Assembly (NCBI GenBank): GCA_041483895.1
Contig: JBGPGO010000002.1
Location: forward strand, 1 to 64,000
DNA: 64,000 nt
From: Fimbriimonadia bacterium
GTDB taxonomy: Bacteria > Armatimonadota > Fimbriimonadia > Fimbriimonadales > JABRVX01
Reading direction: 5' to 3'
The notes beneath the pieces were generated by a model, which searched no databases, was not told the DNA's origin, and worked only from the letters and a program-made list of their open reading frames with translations. Both the position numbers and the translations under genes were made by a program. Position 1 is the stretch's first letter. The number at the start of each line of letters is the position of its first letter. Below are positions 18,257 to 27,283 of the stretch, in pieces.

Positions 18257-18924
18257 AGAAGATACCGATCGATAACGAAGCGCTCTATACGCATGCCCTC
18301 ACACACAGTTCCGCCGCACTCGATCCGGTCCTCGGGTCAAACGAGCGGCTGGAATTCTTCGGGGACGCCGTTCTGGGCGTGGTGATCTCGGAATTTCTCT
18401 ACGACAACTATCCGGACTGGAACCAAGGGCTGCTGACGAAGGCCAAGTCCTATCTCGTTCAAGACACTACGCTGCAGGAAGCCGGCCTCAATTTGGGACT
18501 GGACGAAGAGTTGGTTATCGGTCCTGGGGAGGAGATGTCCGGCGGCAGGCGGCGCGCCTCCCTTGTGGCCGACGCATTCGAGGCGGTGATCGGCGCGGTC
18601 TTCTTGGATAAGGGCCTGGATGTCGCCCGCAAATTCATCTTGGATTCGCTGAAAACCGCGTTGGACCGATTGGCGACGGGGAACATGAGCCTTATTGATT
18701 ACAAGTCTCGGCTGCAGGAATGGACTCAGGCCCGCTGGAAGGACACTCCGCGGTATGTGGTGGTGGATGAGGAGGGCGCGCCGCACCTGCCGCATTTCAC
18801 CATCGAGGTGCAGGTGAACAATGAGGTAATGGGACAGGGAAAGGGCGGCAGCAAGAAGGAAGCGGAGCAGGCCGCCGCGGAGGTGGCGCTGGAAGCCCTC
18901 TTCGAACGGTACGGCGAAGGGTAG
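18253..18924 (+). CDS. rnc: Ribonuclease III
   Basis: GTGA overlap with the upstream gene; NERLEFFGDAVLG, ADAFEAVIGA; dsRBD DYKSRLQE...SKKEAEQAAA. Confidence 0.95.
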   Translation: MKKIPIDNEALYTHALTHSSAALDPVLGSNERLEFFGDAVLGVVISEFLYDNYPDWNQGLLTKAKSYLVQDTTLQEAGLNLGLDEELVIGPGEEMSGGRRRASLVADAFEAVIGAVFLDKGLDVARKFILDSLKTALDRLATGNMSLIDYKSRLQEWTQARWKDTPRYVVVDEEGAPHLPHFTIEVQVNNEVMGQGKGGSKKEAEQAAAEVALEALFERYGEG

Positions 18925-18937
18925 AATCCCCATAACT

Positions 18938-19648
18938 ATGTTTCAAGAAGCTCTCCGACAGCTCATTGCCATTCAAGAACACGATTCCAACCTTCAAAAG
19001 ATACGACATAAGCTAGAGCAGCTCAACGCCGGCAAGGCCGAAAAGGTCGCGCACGACGAAGCGATCAAGGCCCATTCCGATGCGGAGGCGCTCTACAAAG
19101 AGCATCATTCCGAATTGACGGATTCCGAGCTGCAGCTCAAAAGCATCGAGGAAAAGAAGAAGAAGTACGAAAAGCGGCTGTTCGAAGGCTCGATCCACAA
19201 TCCCAAAGAGCTGGATGCCACCCAGAAAGAGGTGGAGATGCTCGGTCGGCAGCGCGACGGGCTGGACGAGAGGATTTTGGAGCTTTGGGACCTTATCGAG
19301 GCCGATAAGTCTCAGGTTGAAGTGTCGAAGACCGCGGAGACCGAGTCGGAGCAGACGCTAGGATCGCGGGTGGAAAAATACACCACTCGGAAAGCTGAGC
19401 TTGAAAACGCGTATCGCGCGATCCACCAGCAAAGGCAGAAATTGGCGAAAGAAGTGGAGCCAGGGCTGCTGAAACGGTATGAGTCCATCCGGGAACGGCA
19501 TCGGGGAGAGGCGCTATCTCCCGTTCGGGAGACGCACTGCACGCTCTGTGGGGCCGGGGTCGCGGTGCATGCTTTGGATGCTCTGAAGGCTGGGGACCGC
19601 ATGATGACCTGCGATAGCTGCTTCCGGATCCTTTACATCGAGGCATGA
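18938..19648 (+). CDS. Coiled-coil C4-type zinc-ribbon protein (DUF164-like)
   Basis: Long coiled coil, LLKRYESIR, CTLC...CDSCFRILY. Confidence 0.85.
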   Translation: MFQEALRQLIAIQEHDSNLQKIRHKLEQLNAGKAEKVAHDEAIKAHSDAEALYKEHHSELTDSELQLKSIEEKKKKYEKRLFEGSIHNPKELDATQKEVEMLGRQRDGLDERILELWDLIEADKSQVEVSKTAETESEQTLGSRVEKYTTRKAELENAYRAIHQQRQKLAKEVEPGLLKRYESIRERHRGEALSPVRETHCTLCGAGVAVHALDALKAGDRMMTCDSCFRILYIEA

Positions 19649-20055
19649 CAGACTCAGCCATGATGTACACGGATGGCGCGAGCAAGGGCAATCCCGGCCC
19701 GGCGGCGATAGGGGTGCTGATTGTCGATGCCGAGGGCCTGACGCTGGCGGAGATATCCGAGCGCGTGGGGAACAAGACCAACAACGAGGCGGAGTATCTG
19801 GCGCTCATTCGGGGGCTGGAGGAGGCGAGGCTGCTGGGCATCAAGCGGCTGAAGTGGGTGACGGATTCGCAGCTCTTGGAGCGGCAGTGGACCGGCCAGT
19901 ACCGGGTGAAGAAGCCGGAGCTTCAGCGGCTGTATCTGAAAGCTCAGGATTTGGCGCGACACTTCGATTCCTTTTCGCCGTCTCATACATTGCGCGATGG
20001 GAACGAGAAGGCGGATTCCTTGGCGAATCGGGCGTTCAAGCCAAAATCGCAGTGA
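19645..20055 (+). CDS. rnhA: Ribonuclease HI
   Basis: YTDGASKGNPGPA, TNNEAEY, DSQL, NEKADSLAN. Confidence 0.9.
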   Translation: MTDSAMMYTDGASKGNPGPAAIGVLIVDAEGLTLAEISERVGNKTNNEAEYLALIRGLEEARLLGIKRLKWVTDSQLLERQWTGQYRVKKPELQRLYLKAQDLARHFDSFSPSHTLRDGNEKADSLANRAFKPKSQ

Positions 20056-20112
20056 GGACGTTGCCGGATTGGGGAAGTAGGGGTACCATGGCAGAACTAG
20101 GGAGCGAAATTT

Positions 20113-23100
20113 ATGAGACTGCAGCTCAGTGGTGCCGGACTGAAGCGGGGGGCGGCGACCATGCTGGTATGTGCGCCGGTAGCTTCCGTCGTGTTAGTGG
20201 GGATGTCCCATGTCGCGGGACCATGCCCCGTTTCTCACACAAAAGCGTTTGGGATTTCCTGTTCATCGATTCATGAGTCGTTGGCGTCTGGGTCTCTAAG
20301 CTCGGGTCGGATTGCCGATATCGCTTCAAATTCCAATATCCAAGACCCGCGTAAGGGCCAAGGAAATGTAGGCGCGGGTCGAGTTGCCGATATCGCTTCG
20401 CTTGCCAATATCCAAGACCCGCGTGGGAGGCTATCTGCCAGGACCTCCTTTGTGAACACGAGCCATCCGGGGAAGCCTGCTCCGCCGCCGATACCGTCGC
20501 TAGTCAGCAAGCAAACGAAGCCCGCCAAAAAATGGGATTTTGTACGTGATATCCGGCCAATCTTGGCGGACAAGTGCTTTACCTGTCATGGACAAGACCC
20601 CGAAAAGCGACAGGTGAACCTCCGACTTGACGTGAAGGAAGAGGCGTACAAGCTGCGGCCCTCAGGCAATACCCCGATCGTCCCGTTCAAGCCAGACAAG
20701 AGCCGATTGGTCCAGCGCATCTACGCCGAAGAGGGTCTGCAGATGCCGCCGCCCACGTCCGGCAAGATTCTGGCGGACGAAGATAAGCGCATGTTGAAGG
20801 AGTGGATCCAGCAGGGGGCAGTGTACAAGCCGCACTGGGCATTCGTCGCTGCCAAGCGACCGCCTCTGCCCAAGGTCCGCCAGAAGAATTGGCCAAGAAA
20901 CGCTATCGACAGTTTTATTCTCGCCAAATTGGAAGAGGGGGGACTCAAGCCGTCTCACGAAACCGACAAGCGCACGTTGATCCGCCGTGTTTCTCTTGAC
21001 CTCACCGGCCTGCCGCCGCTCCCGGACGATGTGACCGCATTCCTCAAGGACAGATCTGCGAACGCCTACGAGAAAGTGGTGGACCGGTTGCTGGCCTCCC
21101 CGACCTACGGCGAACGCATGGGCCAGGACTGGCTCGACGATGCGCGGTACGCCGATAGCAACGGGTATCAGGCCGACTACGAACGGTATCAGTGGCGATG
21201 GCGCGATTGGGTGATCGACGCATACAACAAGAACATGCCGTTCGATCAGTTTACGATCGAACAGCTCGCCGGGGACATGCTGCCCAACGCCACTGAAAGC
21301 CAGAAGATCGCGACCGGCTTCAATCGCAACCACCGGATCAACACCGAGGGCGGCGTCATCGCGGAAGAATGGCGCGTGGAGACCGTGGTGGATCGGCTGG
21401 AGACAACGGGCGCGGTCTGGATGGGATTGACAGTCGGGTGCGCGCGTTGCCATTCCCACAAGTTCGACCCGATTACGCAAAAAGAGTTTTATCGGATGTA
21501 CGCCTACTACAACAACGTGCCGGAATCGGGGACGGGCGAAGAGCGACCCGTCAATCATCCGCCCATCATGAAAGCGCCGCGGCCGGATGAGATCGCGAAA
21601 CTGGCCGAGTACGTCAAGCAGTTGGATGAAACATCGAAGCAGACGGATGCGCGGTTATCGGCAAACGCGCCCAAGGCAGCCGATTGGAAGCTGGACGATC
21701 TGGTAGCCGAGGAAGCGCCCCTCATGAACGGGGCGGTCGCCCGATACGCGCTGACGGACAAGCGCGAGGTGACCGCCGGCAAGGCCCCGACACCCATCAT
21801 TTCCGGCAAGGCATCGTTTGTGGATGGCCATGCCACCGGCGCGGTCAAGCTGGTGGGCGAAGGGTATCTGGACCTCGGCGACGTCGGGGATTTTGACAAG
21901 ACCGACGCCTTTTCTTATTCGATCTGGATCAACCCGGTCAACGGCAACGGTTCGCCCCTTTCGCGCATGGACAGCGGCAGCGACTACCGCGGCTGGGACC
22001 TGTACATGGCCGGCATGAAGCCGATGGTGCATATCATCAACAAGTGGCCCGCGAACGCGCTCAAGATAGTTGCCAACCGAACGATTCCGAACAATGAGTG
22101 GACTCACATATTCGTCACATACGACGGTTCCGCCAAGCCAGAGGGGCTGAAGATGTACGTCAATGGCGAGCCGACGGATACGACGACGGAAGTCAACACG
22201 CTCACGGCGACCACGCGCACACCTGTCACCGCCAAGATCGGGACGCGCACGGGCACGGAGGCTTTTGCGGGGCTGGTGGACGATGTGATTCTGTTCAAGC
22301 GCGTCGTACCGCCCGATGAGGTCCGCAAGATTGCCCAGTTGGGTCCGGCGCGGAAGTGGCTTTCGATTCCGGAAGACAAGCGGACGGCGGAGCAGAAAAC
22401 AAGAATTACGGCGCTATGGTCCGATGTGAACGATGCGGACTACCGCTTGCTGGCTAGCAAGCAAAGCGAAATGGCCCGCACCAAGAACGAATTTGACGAC
22501 AAGATTCCGACGCTGATGGTGATGGCTGAGATGGAGAAGCCGCGAGACTGCTTCATCCTGACGCGCGGGCAATACGATAAGCATGGCGAGAGGGTAAAGG
22601 CGGGGCTGCCCGCATTCCTTCCGCCGCTGCCGAAGGGCGCGAAGAACGATCGGCTTGGGTTTGCCAAATGGCTTGTCGATCCGTCCAACCCGCTGACTCC
22701 CAGAGTTGTTGTCAACCGGATGTGGGAGAAGTTCTTCGGGACCGGCATCGTGGCGACCACGGAAGATTTCGGCACGCGCGGAGAATATCCGTCCCATCCG
22801 GAGCTGCTGGATTGGCTGGCGACGGAGTTTATTAGGCTCAAGTGGGACATGAAGGCGATGCAGAAAGAGATATTGATGAGCGCGACCTATCGGCAGTCGT
22901 CGAACGTGACCGAGGCGCTGGAGCATCTCGATCCCCAGAACCGGCTGCTTGCGCGAGGACCCCGGTTCCGACTGTCGGCCGAAGTGATTCGCGACCAGGC
23001 GCTGGCAATCTGCGGACTGCTGGTTGAAAAGCTCGGTGGTCCGTCCGTCCGTCCGTATATGCCTGGCGGCATTTGGGATGAGACAAACGTGTACGGAAAC

Positions 23101-23592
23101 CTTCGGAATTATATGCCCGACAAGGGAGAGGGACTGTATCGGCGGTCGATGTACACGATTTGGAAGCGCACGGCGGCGCCGCCAACCATGCTGCTGTTCG
23201 ACGTGCCCGGCCGAGAGATGTGCCGCGTTCGGCGGTCGCGCACGAACACGCCGCTACAGGCTTTGGCGCTTCTCAATGAGGAAACCTTTGTCGAGGCCTC
23301 GCGCGTTTTGGCGGAAAAGATGATGACCAACGCGGCGGTGCCCAGGGACTGTATCAACTACGCCTATCGCCGTGCACTGGGCCGCGACGCGAGCGAGCAA
23401 GAGTTCCGCATACTTTTTGGCGGTTATATGCAGCTCGTGGACCATTATCGAAAGCATTACGATGACGCGAAGAAGCTGGTAAGCATCGGCGACAGTCCGC
23501 GTAATCAATCGCTGATAGTCCCTGATTTGGCGGCCTACACAATGATTGCCAGCACGATACTAAACCTAGACGAGACGATAACGAAGGAATAG
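20113..23592 (+). CDS. Planctomycete-type cytochrome c / DUF1549 / LamG / DUF1553 protein
   Basis: DFVRDIRPILADKCFTCH, LIRRVSLDLTGLPP, CARCHSHKFDPI, LamG insert, PSHPELLDWLA, TNTPLQAL. Confidence 0.9.
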   Translation: MRLQLSGAGLKRGAATMLVCAPVASVVLVGMSHVAGPCPVSHTKAFGISCSSIHESLASGSLSSGRIADIASNSNIQDPRKGQGNVGAGRVADIASLANIQDPRGRLSARTSFVNTSHPGKPAPPPIPSLVSKQTKPAKKWDFVRDIRPILADKCFTCHGQDPEKRQVNLRLDVKEEAYKLRPSGNTPIVPFKPDKSRLVQRIYAEEGLQMPPPTSGKILADEDKRMLKEWIQQGAVYKPHWAFVAAKRPPLPKVRQKNWPRNAIDSFILAKLEEGGLKPSHETDKRTLIRRVSLDLTGLPPLPDDVTAFLKDRSANAYEKVVDRLLASPTYGERMGQDWLDDARYADSNGYQADYERYQWRWRDWVIDAYNKNMPFDQFTIEQLAGDMLPNATESQKIATGFNRNHRINTEGGVIAEEWRVETVVDRLETTGAVWMGLTVGCARCHSHKFDPITQKEFYRMYAYYNNVPESGTGEERPVNHPPIMKAPRPDEIAKLAEYVKQLDETSKQTDARLSANAPKAADWKLDDLVAEEAPLMNGAVARYALTDKREVTAGKAPTPIISGKASFVDGHATGAVKLVGEGYLDLGDVGDFDKTDAFSYSIWINPVNGNGSPLSRMDSGSDYRGWDLYMAGMKPMVHIINKWPANALKIVANRTIPNNEWTHIFVTYDGSAKPEGLKMYVNGEPTDTTTEVNTLTATTRTPVTAKIGTRTGTEAFAGLVDDVILFKRVVPPDEVRKIAQLGPARKWLSIPEDKRTAEQKTRITALWSDVNDADYRLLASKQSEMARTKNEFDDKIPTLMVMAEMEKPRDCFILTRGQYDKHGERVKAGLPAFLPPLPKGAKNDRLGFAKWLVDPSNPLTPRVVVNRMWEKFFGTGIVATTEDFGTRGEYPSHPELLDWLATEFIRLKWDMKAMQKEILMSATYRQSSNVTEALEHLDPQNRLLARGPRFRLSAEVIRDQALAICGLLVEKLGGPSVRPYMPGGIWDETNVYGNLRNYMPDKGEGLYRRSMYTIWKRTAAPPTMLLFDVPGREMCRVRRSRTNTPLQALALLNEETFVEASRVLAEKMMTNAAVPRDCINYAYRRALGRDASEQEFRILFGGYMQLVDHYRKHYDDAKKLVSIGDSPRNQSLIVPDLAAYTMIASTILNLDETITKE
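20303..20424. repeat. Two ~50-bp palindromic repeats (72-bp period) inside the coding 5' region
   Basis: CGGGTC..TTGCCGATATCGCTTC....CCAATATCCAAGACCCGCGT occurs twice. Confidence 0.8.
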
Positions 23593-23595
23593 CCA

Positions 23596-25053
23596 ATGGA
23601 CAACGAGCTGATCATTCAGGACGCGCTCAATCGCCGCACCTTTCTTAAAGGAGCCGCCGGATTCGGTTTGGCCGCGCTTGCCAGCATCCTAACCAAGGAA
23701 GGATTCGCGGACGTCTTGGGGGGCAAGAGGGTCGGCGGTCTGCCGGACCTGCCCCATTTTCCGCCCAAAGTGAACCGCGTCATTTACCTTTTTCAGTCGG
23801 GCGCGCCGTCGCAGATGGAGCTGTTCGATTACAAGCCGAAGCTGCAAGAGTTCCGGGGGCAGGACCTGCCCAGCTCTATTCGCATGGGACAGCGATTGAC
23901 CGGCATGACCTCCGGACAGAAGACTTTCCCGGTCGCGCCGTCCATCATGAAGTTTGATAAGTACGGCAAGAGCGGAATTGAGATTAGCGAAATCCAGCCG
24001 CATCTGCAGACCATCGCGGATGATCTGTGCGTAATTCGCTCGATGCACACCGAAGCGATCAACCATGACCCGGCGGTCACCTTCTTCCAGACCGGGTCGC
24101 AGCTGGCCGGGCGGCCCAGCATCGGCTCGTGGCTGTCTTACGGTCTGGGGACGGAGAACGAGGACCTGCCCGCATTTGTGGTTTTGACGTCGAAGGGTTC
24201 GGGGCGGCCGGACGATCAGCCGCTGTACGACCGCCTGTGGGGTTCCGGGTTCCTGCCGACCGTCCATCAGGGAGTGAAGTTCCGAAATCAGGGCGACCCG
24301 GTTCTCTACCTGTCCGATCCAAACGGCGTGGATCGCGTGACGCGGCGGCAGATGCTCGACCGACTGAAGGAGCTCAATCTTCTCAAGCTGGCGCAGGTCG
24401 GCGACCCGGAAATTTCCACGCGCATCTCGCAGTACGAATTGGCGTTCCGGATGCAGTCGGCGGTGCCGGATCTAACGGATATCTCCAAGGAGCCGCAGAG
24501 CATCTTGGATATGTATGGCCCGGACGTGCACCGGCCCGGCTCGTACGCGTACAACTGTCTGTTGGCGCGGCGGCTGTCGGAGCGCGGCGTGCGGTTCGTG
24601 CAGCTTTTCCACATGGGCTGGGATCATCATGGGGACCTGCCGAAGTCGATACGGCTGCAATGCAAGGACACGGACCAGCCGTCGGTCGCGCTGATCAACG
24701 ACCTCCGGCAGCGGGGGTTGCTTGACGACACGCTCATCGTGTGGGGCGGCGAATTTGGACGCACGGTCTACTCGCAGGGCGACCTGACGATGGACAACTA
24801 CGGACGCGACCATCATCCGCGCTGCTTCAGCATCTGGCTGACCGGCGGCGGCGTGAAGAAGGGCGTGACGATTGGGGAGACGGACGACTATTCGTACAAC
24901 ATCACGAAGGACCCGGTCAGCGTCCATGACCTGCATGCGACCATGCTGCAGCTGTTGGGGATCGACCACAAGCGCTTGACGTTCCGCTACCAGGGCCGCG
25001 ACTTCCGCCTGACCGATGTGTTTGGGGATTTGGTGGACCAGATATTGGCGTAG
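23596..25053 (+). CDS. DUF1501 family protein (Tat-like N-terminus)
   Basis: NRRTFLK, GAPSQMELFDYKP, WDHH, WGGEFGRT, GRDHHP; usual partner of DUF1549/DUF1553 genes. Confidence 0.9.
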   Translation: MDNELIIQDALNRRTFLKGAAGFGLAALASILTKEGFADVLGGKRVGGLPDLPHFPPKVNRVIYLFQSGAPSQMELFDYKPKLQEFRGQDLPSSIRMGQRLTGMTSGQKTFPVAPSIMKFDKYGKSGIEISEIQPHLQTIADDLCVIRSMHTEAINHDPAVTFFQTGSQLAGRPSIGSWLSYGLGTENEDLPAFVVLTSKGSGRPDDQPLYDRLWGSGFLPTVHQGVKFRNQGDPVLYLSDPNGVDRVTRRQMLDRLKELNLLKLAQVGDPEISTRISQYELAFRMQSAVPDLTDISKEPQSILDMYGPDVHRPGSYAYNCLLARRLSERGVRFVQLFHMGWDHHGDLPKSIRLQCKDTDQPSVALINDLRQRGLLDDTLIVWGGEFGRTVYSQGDLTMDNYGRDHHPRCFSIWLTGGGVKKGVTIGETDDYSYNITKDPVSVHDLHATMLQLLGIDHKRLTFRYQGRDFRLTDVFGDLVDQILA

Positions 25054-25110
25054 GGTCACGCATTTCCTGACATGATAGGAGTTGGTGAATCCTACGTCGA
25101 AGCCGTGTGC

Positions 25111-25296
25111 ATGACAGCAAAGGAAGTAGTTGCATTATTGGAACATGCCGGATGGCGCAAAGATCGGTAGCGCGGTTCTCATGCTGTTTTCATCCATCCA
25201 GATCGACCTGATCGGCTTGTTGTGCCGATGCATGCGGGCGATCTCCCTACTGGTACCCTCCGTGCTATACTCAAAAAGGCTGGAGAACAACAATGA
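25111..25296 (+). pseudogene. hicA: HicA toxin with internal TAG stop
   Basis: MTAKEVVALLEHAGWRKDR*RGSHAVFIHPDRPDRLVVPMHAGDLPTGTLRAILKKAG; TAG at 25168-25170; ATGA overlap with hicB. Confidence 0.88.
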
Positions 25297-25511
25297 CCGA
25301 ATACCCAATCATTTTGGAACGCGAGGAAGATGGGCGTTATTCCGTATATGCGCCCGATCTGCCGGGTTGCCAAAGTTGGGGCGAGACTCGTGAACAGGCC
25401 ATCGAGAGCATCCGGGAGGCAATCGAACTGTGGATAGAGTCGGCAAAGGCTGCCCACGCCCCAGTGCCTGGCCCCGGCTCCGCATTGGCTTACGTGAAAG
25501 TCGCGTCTTAG
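25293..25511 (+). CDS. hicB: HicB antitoxin (short form)
   Basis: YSVYAPDLPGCQSWGETREQAIESIREAIELW. Confidence 0.9.
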   Translation: MTEYPIILEREEDGRYSVYAPDLPGCQSWGETREQAIESIREAIELWIESAKAAHAPVPGPGSALAYVKVAS

Positions 25512-25679
25512 TTTTTCAAATCTCCGAGTTGTTGGCGCAGGTCTTGTTCGTGGCATTCGGTCAGGGAATTAGATCGAGAACCCGCAACTGCTTTCTTCTC
25601 CCCATTTTCTTCTAGCTTTACAATCCCTATTGTAAAAGGGGAAATAATCCTACTTTTCTAGGCAGAACGGCCCAAGAGG

Positions 25680-25717
25680 ATTGCATAATATGCGGAAATA
25701 GTGCATAATATGCATTA
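25680..25717 (+). promoter_or_regulatory. Tandem ARG-box-like operator
   Basis: TGCATAATATGC occurs twice at 20-bp spacing directly before the argR ATG. Confidence 0.7.
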
Positions 25718-26130
25718 TGCCCCATAGAAACGGCAAAGAGGACCGCCTCGCGGCGATTGCCGGCCTCATAAAAAGGGAGCCAATCGACCGGCAGGAGACG
25801 CTGGTGGACCGGCTGAACGCGCTTGGATATAGCGTCACGCAGAGCAGCGTCTCCCGCGACCTGCAAGAGTTGAGCGTCAGCAAAGTCGGCGGGCGGTATG
25901 TGGTCGGCGGGCAGCCGGGACTGGATATCGTCGGCGCGACGCCGGCGGGGCCGAATCTGCTCGTCATCAAAACCCAGGTCGGTGCGGCATCGCTCGTGGG
26001 GTTGCGGATTGACCAGGCCGAGCATCCGGAAGTCATCGGGACAGTCGCCGGGGACGACACGATTTTCGTCGCCACCAAATCCGCAAGGGCGCAACGAGCA
26101 TTCCTCGCAAAATTGGGCGTGAGGGCATGA
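25717..26130 (+). CDS. argR: Arginine repressor
   Basis: VTQSSVSRDLQEL and IGTVAGDDTIFV. Confidence 0.92.
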   Translation: MPHRNGKEDRLAAIAGLIKREPIDRQETLVDRLNALGYSVTQSSVSRDLQELSVSKVGGRYVVGGQPGLDIVGATPAGPNLLVIKTQVGAASLVGLRIDQAEHPEVIGTVAGDDTIFVATKSARAQRAFLAKLGVRA

Positions 26131-26154
26131 GGCCTGTGATGTGGCAATACGATG

Positions 26155-26212
26155 TGTCGGGGTCCTCGTCCGCCAACGACCGTGCAAGAGCCAATCCCAA
26201 AGACCCCGACAC
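26155..26212. repeat. REP-like palindrome (GTGTTGGGGTC...GACCCCAACAC family)
   Basis: GTGTCGGGGTCCTCGTCCGC...AAAGACCCCGACAC. Confidence 0.75.
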
Positions 26213-26224
26213 GAGGCGCAAGAC

Positions 26225-27283
26225 ATGAGGGCCGTGATGTTGGACAAAATCGCCTCGGTCACTCTCAACTGCCATCTGCGGCGAGACGTGCGAGTCAGCG
26301 ACGAATTCCTGTGCAAAGAGGGCGACGTGCTGGCGGTGCGGGTCCTCAATGCCAAAGCGCAATACAACAGCCTGGAGCTGACAACGGGCCGCATGTCCGC
26401 GCTGCAGCCCGGCGACGTTATCGCCGGCGCGCTGGGCCATCGAAACGCGCTGCAGGGATATGCCGGCGTGATACCAAACTCGCTCCAGGTCGGCGGGACG
26501 ATCAATATTCTCAATCTCGGCGGAGTGTTGGGTCGCTGCACATCGTCTTCGCCGATTGTGGGCGAGCCGTTCGAGTGCGAAGTGCTGGGACAGGTTTTGG
26601 ACTTTCCGTATCTTGCGAGTCGGCGCGGGGTGCCGGCAAATATTTCCACCGGATGCGCAACGCTGGAATCATCAAGCGTCGCGACGGGCGCGCCGGTGAT
26701 CGCCGTGGTCGGGACCTGCATGAATTCCGGCAAAACCGAAGCGTGCATCGCGCTCATCCAGCAGCTTGTGCGTCGAGGGAAGATCGTGATGGCGGCGAAG
26801 GCGACCGGAGTCAGTTTGCGCAGGGATATTCTGGCGATGGATGACGCGGGGGCAGCCAAGTCCCTTATCTTCACCGACCTCGGCATCGTGACGACGAGCC
26901 GTCAGAACTCCCCTTCCATCGCCACGACGATGCTGAATCGACTGGCCGAATCCTCTCCCGACATTATTGTGCTGGAGCTGGGAGACGGGATGATCGGCGA
27001 GTACGGCGTGGATGCGATTTTGGCGGAACCGGCCCTGCGTTCGGCGTTCAGCCAGGTGCTTCTCGCCGCGAACGATCCCGTCGGCGCGTGGGGCGGTGTG
27101 CAGATCCTTCGTGATCGATATGGTTTGACGCCTGCCGTCGTCACCGGTCCGGCGACGGACAACCTGGCAGGGACCACTTTGATAGAACGAGAGACGGGCG
27201 TCGTGGGCATCAATGCGCGGACGAGCGCCGACCGTCTGACGGAAACTATTCTCAGAAATTTGGAGGCCGCAGTTGCAAACTAA
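26225..27283 (+). CDS. DUF1611-like P-loop protein (possible N-acetyltransferase) in the arg operon
   Basis: VIAVVGTCMNSGKT, AAKATG, RRDILAMDDAGA, FTDLG, IIVLELGDG; overlaps the argC start. Confidence 0.7.
   Translation: MRAVMLDKIASVTLNCHLRRDVRVSDEFLCKEGDVLAVRVLNAKAQYNSLELTTGRMSALQPGDVIAGALGHRNALQGYAGVIPNSLQVGGTINILNLGGVLGRCTSSSPIVGEPFECEVLGQVLDFPYLASRRGVPANISTGCATLESSSVATGAPVIAVVGTCMNSGKTEACIALIQQLVRRGKIVMAAKATGVSLRRDILAMDDAGAAKSLIFTDLGIVTTSRQNSPSIATTMLNRLAESSPDIIVLELGDGMIGEYGVDAILAEPALRSAFSQVLLAANDPVGAWGGVQILRDRYGLTPAVVTGPATDNLAGTTLIERETGVVGINARTSADRLTETILRNLEAAVAN

Noticed and set aside
25168..25170. Amber recoding or alternative genetic code
   Set aside because: TAG is the evident stop of many intact genes here (greA, rnc, argG).
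25627..26886. 419-aa minus-strand ORF, and similar long antisense ORFs elsewhere
   Set aside because: Overlaps argR and the next gene; typical of GC-rich antisense frames.
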